The position numbers and the translations under genes are program-made. DNA of 64,000 bases from NCBI GenBank assembly GCA_030246985.1, contig CP107246.1:372282-436281 (forward strand). The letters are read 5' to 3'. The stretch is from Candidatus Nitricoxidivorans perseverans. Lineage in GTDB: Bacteria; Pseudomonadota; Gammaproteobacteria; Burkholderiales; Rhodocyclaceae. The notes below the pieces were generated by a model. The model did not search any database. It had not been told where the DNA came from and worked only from the letters and a program-made list of their open reading frames with translations. This document shows, one piece after another, positions 62,549 to 64,000 of this stretch. How positions within the stretch are numbered: position 1 is the stretch's first letter; every line of letters starts with the position of its first letter.

Positions 62549-64000
62549 ATGAAATCGCGCATTGTTCGAGCATGGATGTCGGCAGGCTGGAGAGCTTTCA
62601 CAAGCTTTGGCTTGGCGATATGCCTTGTTCTTTCATGTTTGGTCATGAATGCCACACATGCCAAAGATAAACCGCAGGAAGTCTTGGATACAGACGCAGT
62701 TCGGAAAATCGATTGGGGTGCTGTCCGGCAACGCATTAACAGCGCAGAGCGCCCTCGAACTTTCCTTGGCACTCCAGAGTGGGATAGTATCAAGCGTTCT
62801 CTCCTGCGGGACACTAGATCGCCGGCCTTCGGCTTGTTATTGGCGCGCGTCGATAAGAGGATCGGGAAGGTTGTCGAAGCTGAAAGAGCCGTCATCGATT
62901 CGAGCATGCCATCCGGCATCCGGAGGGCATTACATTCCGTGGAGCTCAAGCAGAGCATTAAACCTGCAACTGTAGCTGCGCAGGAAGTGGCGTTTGCTGC
63001 GCTGATAGATCCAGCCGGTCCATGGCTGGCCGACGCAAAAGCCAAGATGCTTGCCCTGGCGCGTTTGAATCCTCGCGGTGCGACTGGAGCTTTCCAGGAA
63101 GACCTTTCCGCTCGTCATATCGTCTGGACGCTTGCGCTGGGCCTTGATTGGCTGCCGTTCGCCTGGTCGGCCGATGAGAAGGCCTTGATTCTGCGGGCGA
63201 TCAGTGCGCGCATGGATGATTTTGCCGCCAAGCTTGTTCATGGTCCCCGCGCGCTACGCAGGGATTTACTGGATTCACATGCCAACGAGGTGCTTGGGGC
63301 CCTGGCCGAAACCGCCGTGCTGCTGCTGGGGGAAACACCCGCTGCCGAGCGCTGGTTCGACGAGTTTGTTCCCCTATATGTTCAGACGACCCTGGCGTTT
63401 GCCGGAGACGACGGCGGCTATGCCAATGGCTCCAACTACGCGATGGTGGATATTGGCGAATTTTCAGTCCGGCATTGGGATACGTTACGTCGAGCGACGG
63501 GAATCGATTTGCGCCACAAGCCGTGGGCGGCCAACTTTGGCCGTTACATGGTTTACATGACGCCGCCGGGTACGCCTGCCGGAAGCTTCGGCGATGGTGC
63601 GGAGGCGGAAATGTCGCAAGCCTGGGCGCGGCATGCCAAGGTTTACTATGTCGCCCGGGTGAGGCAGCCACTTTACGATTGGTATGCGCGCCAGTGGATT
63701 GAAGAAGGAATGTCGTCGCTGCATTTCCTGCTGTCGCCCGTGGCGGATTTCAGCCAGGCGACGTTTCCAGAGGGAACGCCGCATGCCGCCGCATTCACTT
63801 CGGTGGGCGTGGCGGCGCTGCACAGCGATCTGCGCGACCGCGGGCGCGCTTCGCTGTATTTCCGCAGCAGTCCGTTCGGCTCCGCCAGCCATGGTCATGC
63901 CGATCAGAACAGCTTTGTTCTCAATGCGGGAGGGGGGCCGTTGCTGCTCGACAGTGGCTATTATGATTTCTTCGGCTCGCCGCATCACCTTGGCTGGACA
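62549..64000 (+). CDS. Heparinase II/III-like (polysaccharide lyase family) protein, 3' end beyond window
   Basis: Not in ORF track (open at right edge). I translated 484 codons from ATG 62549 without a stop: MKSRIVRAWMSAGWRAFTSFGLAICLVLSC (signal/TM) ... SPFGSASHGHADQNSFVLNAGGGPLLLDSGYYD, the hallmark heparinase II/III block. Confidence 0.7.
   Translation, partial: MKSRIVRAWMSAGWRAFTSFGLAICLVLSCLVMNATHAKDKPQEVLDTDAVRKIDWGAVRQRINSAERPRTFLGTPEWDSIKRSLLRDTRSPAFGLLLARVDKRIGKVVEAERAVIDSSMPSGIRRALHSVELKQSIKPATVAAQEVAFAALIDPAGPWLADAKAKMLALARLNPRGATGAFQEDLSARHIVWTLALGLDWLPFAWSADEKALILRAISARMDDFAAKLVHGPRALRRDLLDSHANEVLGALAETAVLLLGETPAAERWFDEFVPLYVQTTLAFAGDDGGYANGSNYAMVDIGEFSVRHWDTLRRATGIDLRHKPWAANFGRYMVYMTPPGTPAGSFGDGAEAEMSQAWARHAKVYYVARVRQPLYDWYARQWIEEGMSSLHFLLSPVADFSQATFPEGTPHAAAFTSVGVAALHSDLRDRGRASLYFRSSPFGSASHGHADQNSFVLNAGGGPLLLDSGYYDFFGSPHHLGWT

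Noticed and set aside
62281-63045. 254-aa minus-strand ORF in the last 2 kb. The track shows no long plus-strand ORF there.
   Set aside because: The plus strand is open from ATG 62549 to the window end (484 codons) and ends in the heparinase II/III HGHADQNSF block. The track omits it only because it has no stop inside the window.

Overview
All calls below were made by eye from the ORF track and the DNA. No database search was run, and family names and accession numbers are from memory.

This is a high-GC chromosomal window (a sampled 60-nt line in nifH is 40/60 G+C). It most likely comes from a diazotrophic proteobacterium. That is an inference from a nifLA locus divergent from rnf together with an exosortase-A/PEP-CTERM EPS locus. 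No rRNA, tRNA or CRISPR array was recognised.

**Three blocks**
- **1-25.7 kb, nitrogen fixation region.**
  - It holds rnfABC(D), a short nifL-like/nifA-like pair, a CHASE-PAS-GGDEF gene, nifB-draG, draT, nifH-nifD-[cooS-like]-nifK-fdx-nifY-like-unknown, nifENX and ferredoxin III.
  - It has four TGT-N10-ACA NifA sites and five sigma54 -24/-12 motifs.
  - It is interrupted by small accessory modules: yaeQ, an IS3 remnant, HEPN/MNT and GNAT-RelBE.
- **26.4-37.3 kb, an uncharacterised eight-gene plus-strand operon.**
  - It encodes a Cys-rich beta-rich protein, a radical SAM/SPASM enzyme and a 134-aa protein.
  - It also encodes a 1084-aa membrane-anchored protein with a protein-glutaminase domain and a PG-binding lysozyme-like protein.
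  - The last three genes are a C1 peptidase fused to an alpha/beta hydrolase and two small envelope proteins.
- **37.3-64 kb, an XrtA/PEP-CTERM exopolysaccharide locus.**
  - It holds epsA, a priming transferase, an OMP, PEP-CTERM cargo, epsDEFG, an APS kinase fusion, xrtA, epsI, a ligase and a flippase.
  - It carries an IS1634-family insertion and a 1.6-kb insertion that splits xrtA from epsI.
  - It ends in a low-GC module with a methyltransferase, three sulfotransferases, a GT4 and a heparinase II/III-like gene.

**Most unusual observations**
- An apparently intact CooS-family gene sits inside the nifHDK operon.
- The nifL-like and nifA-like genes lack PAS and GAF domains respectively.
- Three sigma54 promoter motifs abut their start codons.
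- The 26-37 kb operon has no characterised system that I can match it to.
- The EpsG-like ATPase carries an MshEN-type c-di-GMP-binding motif pair.
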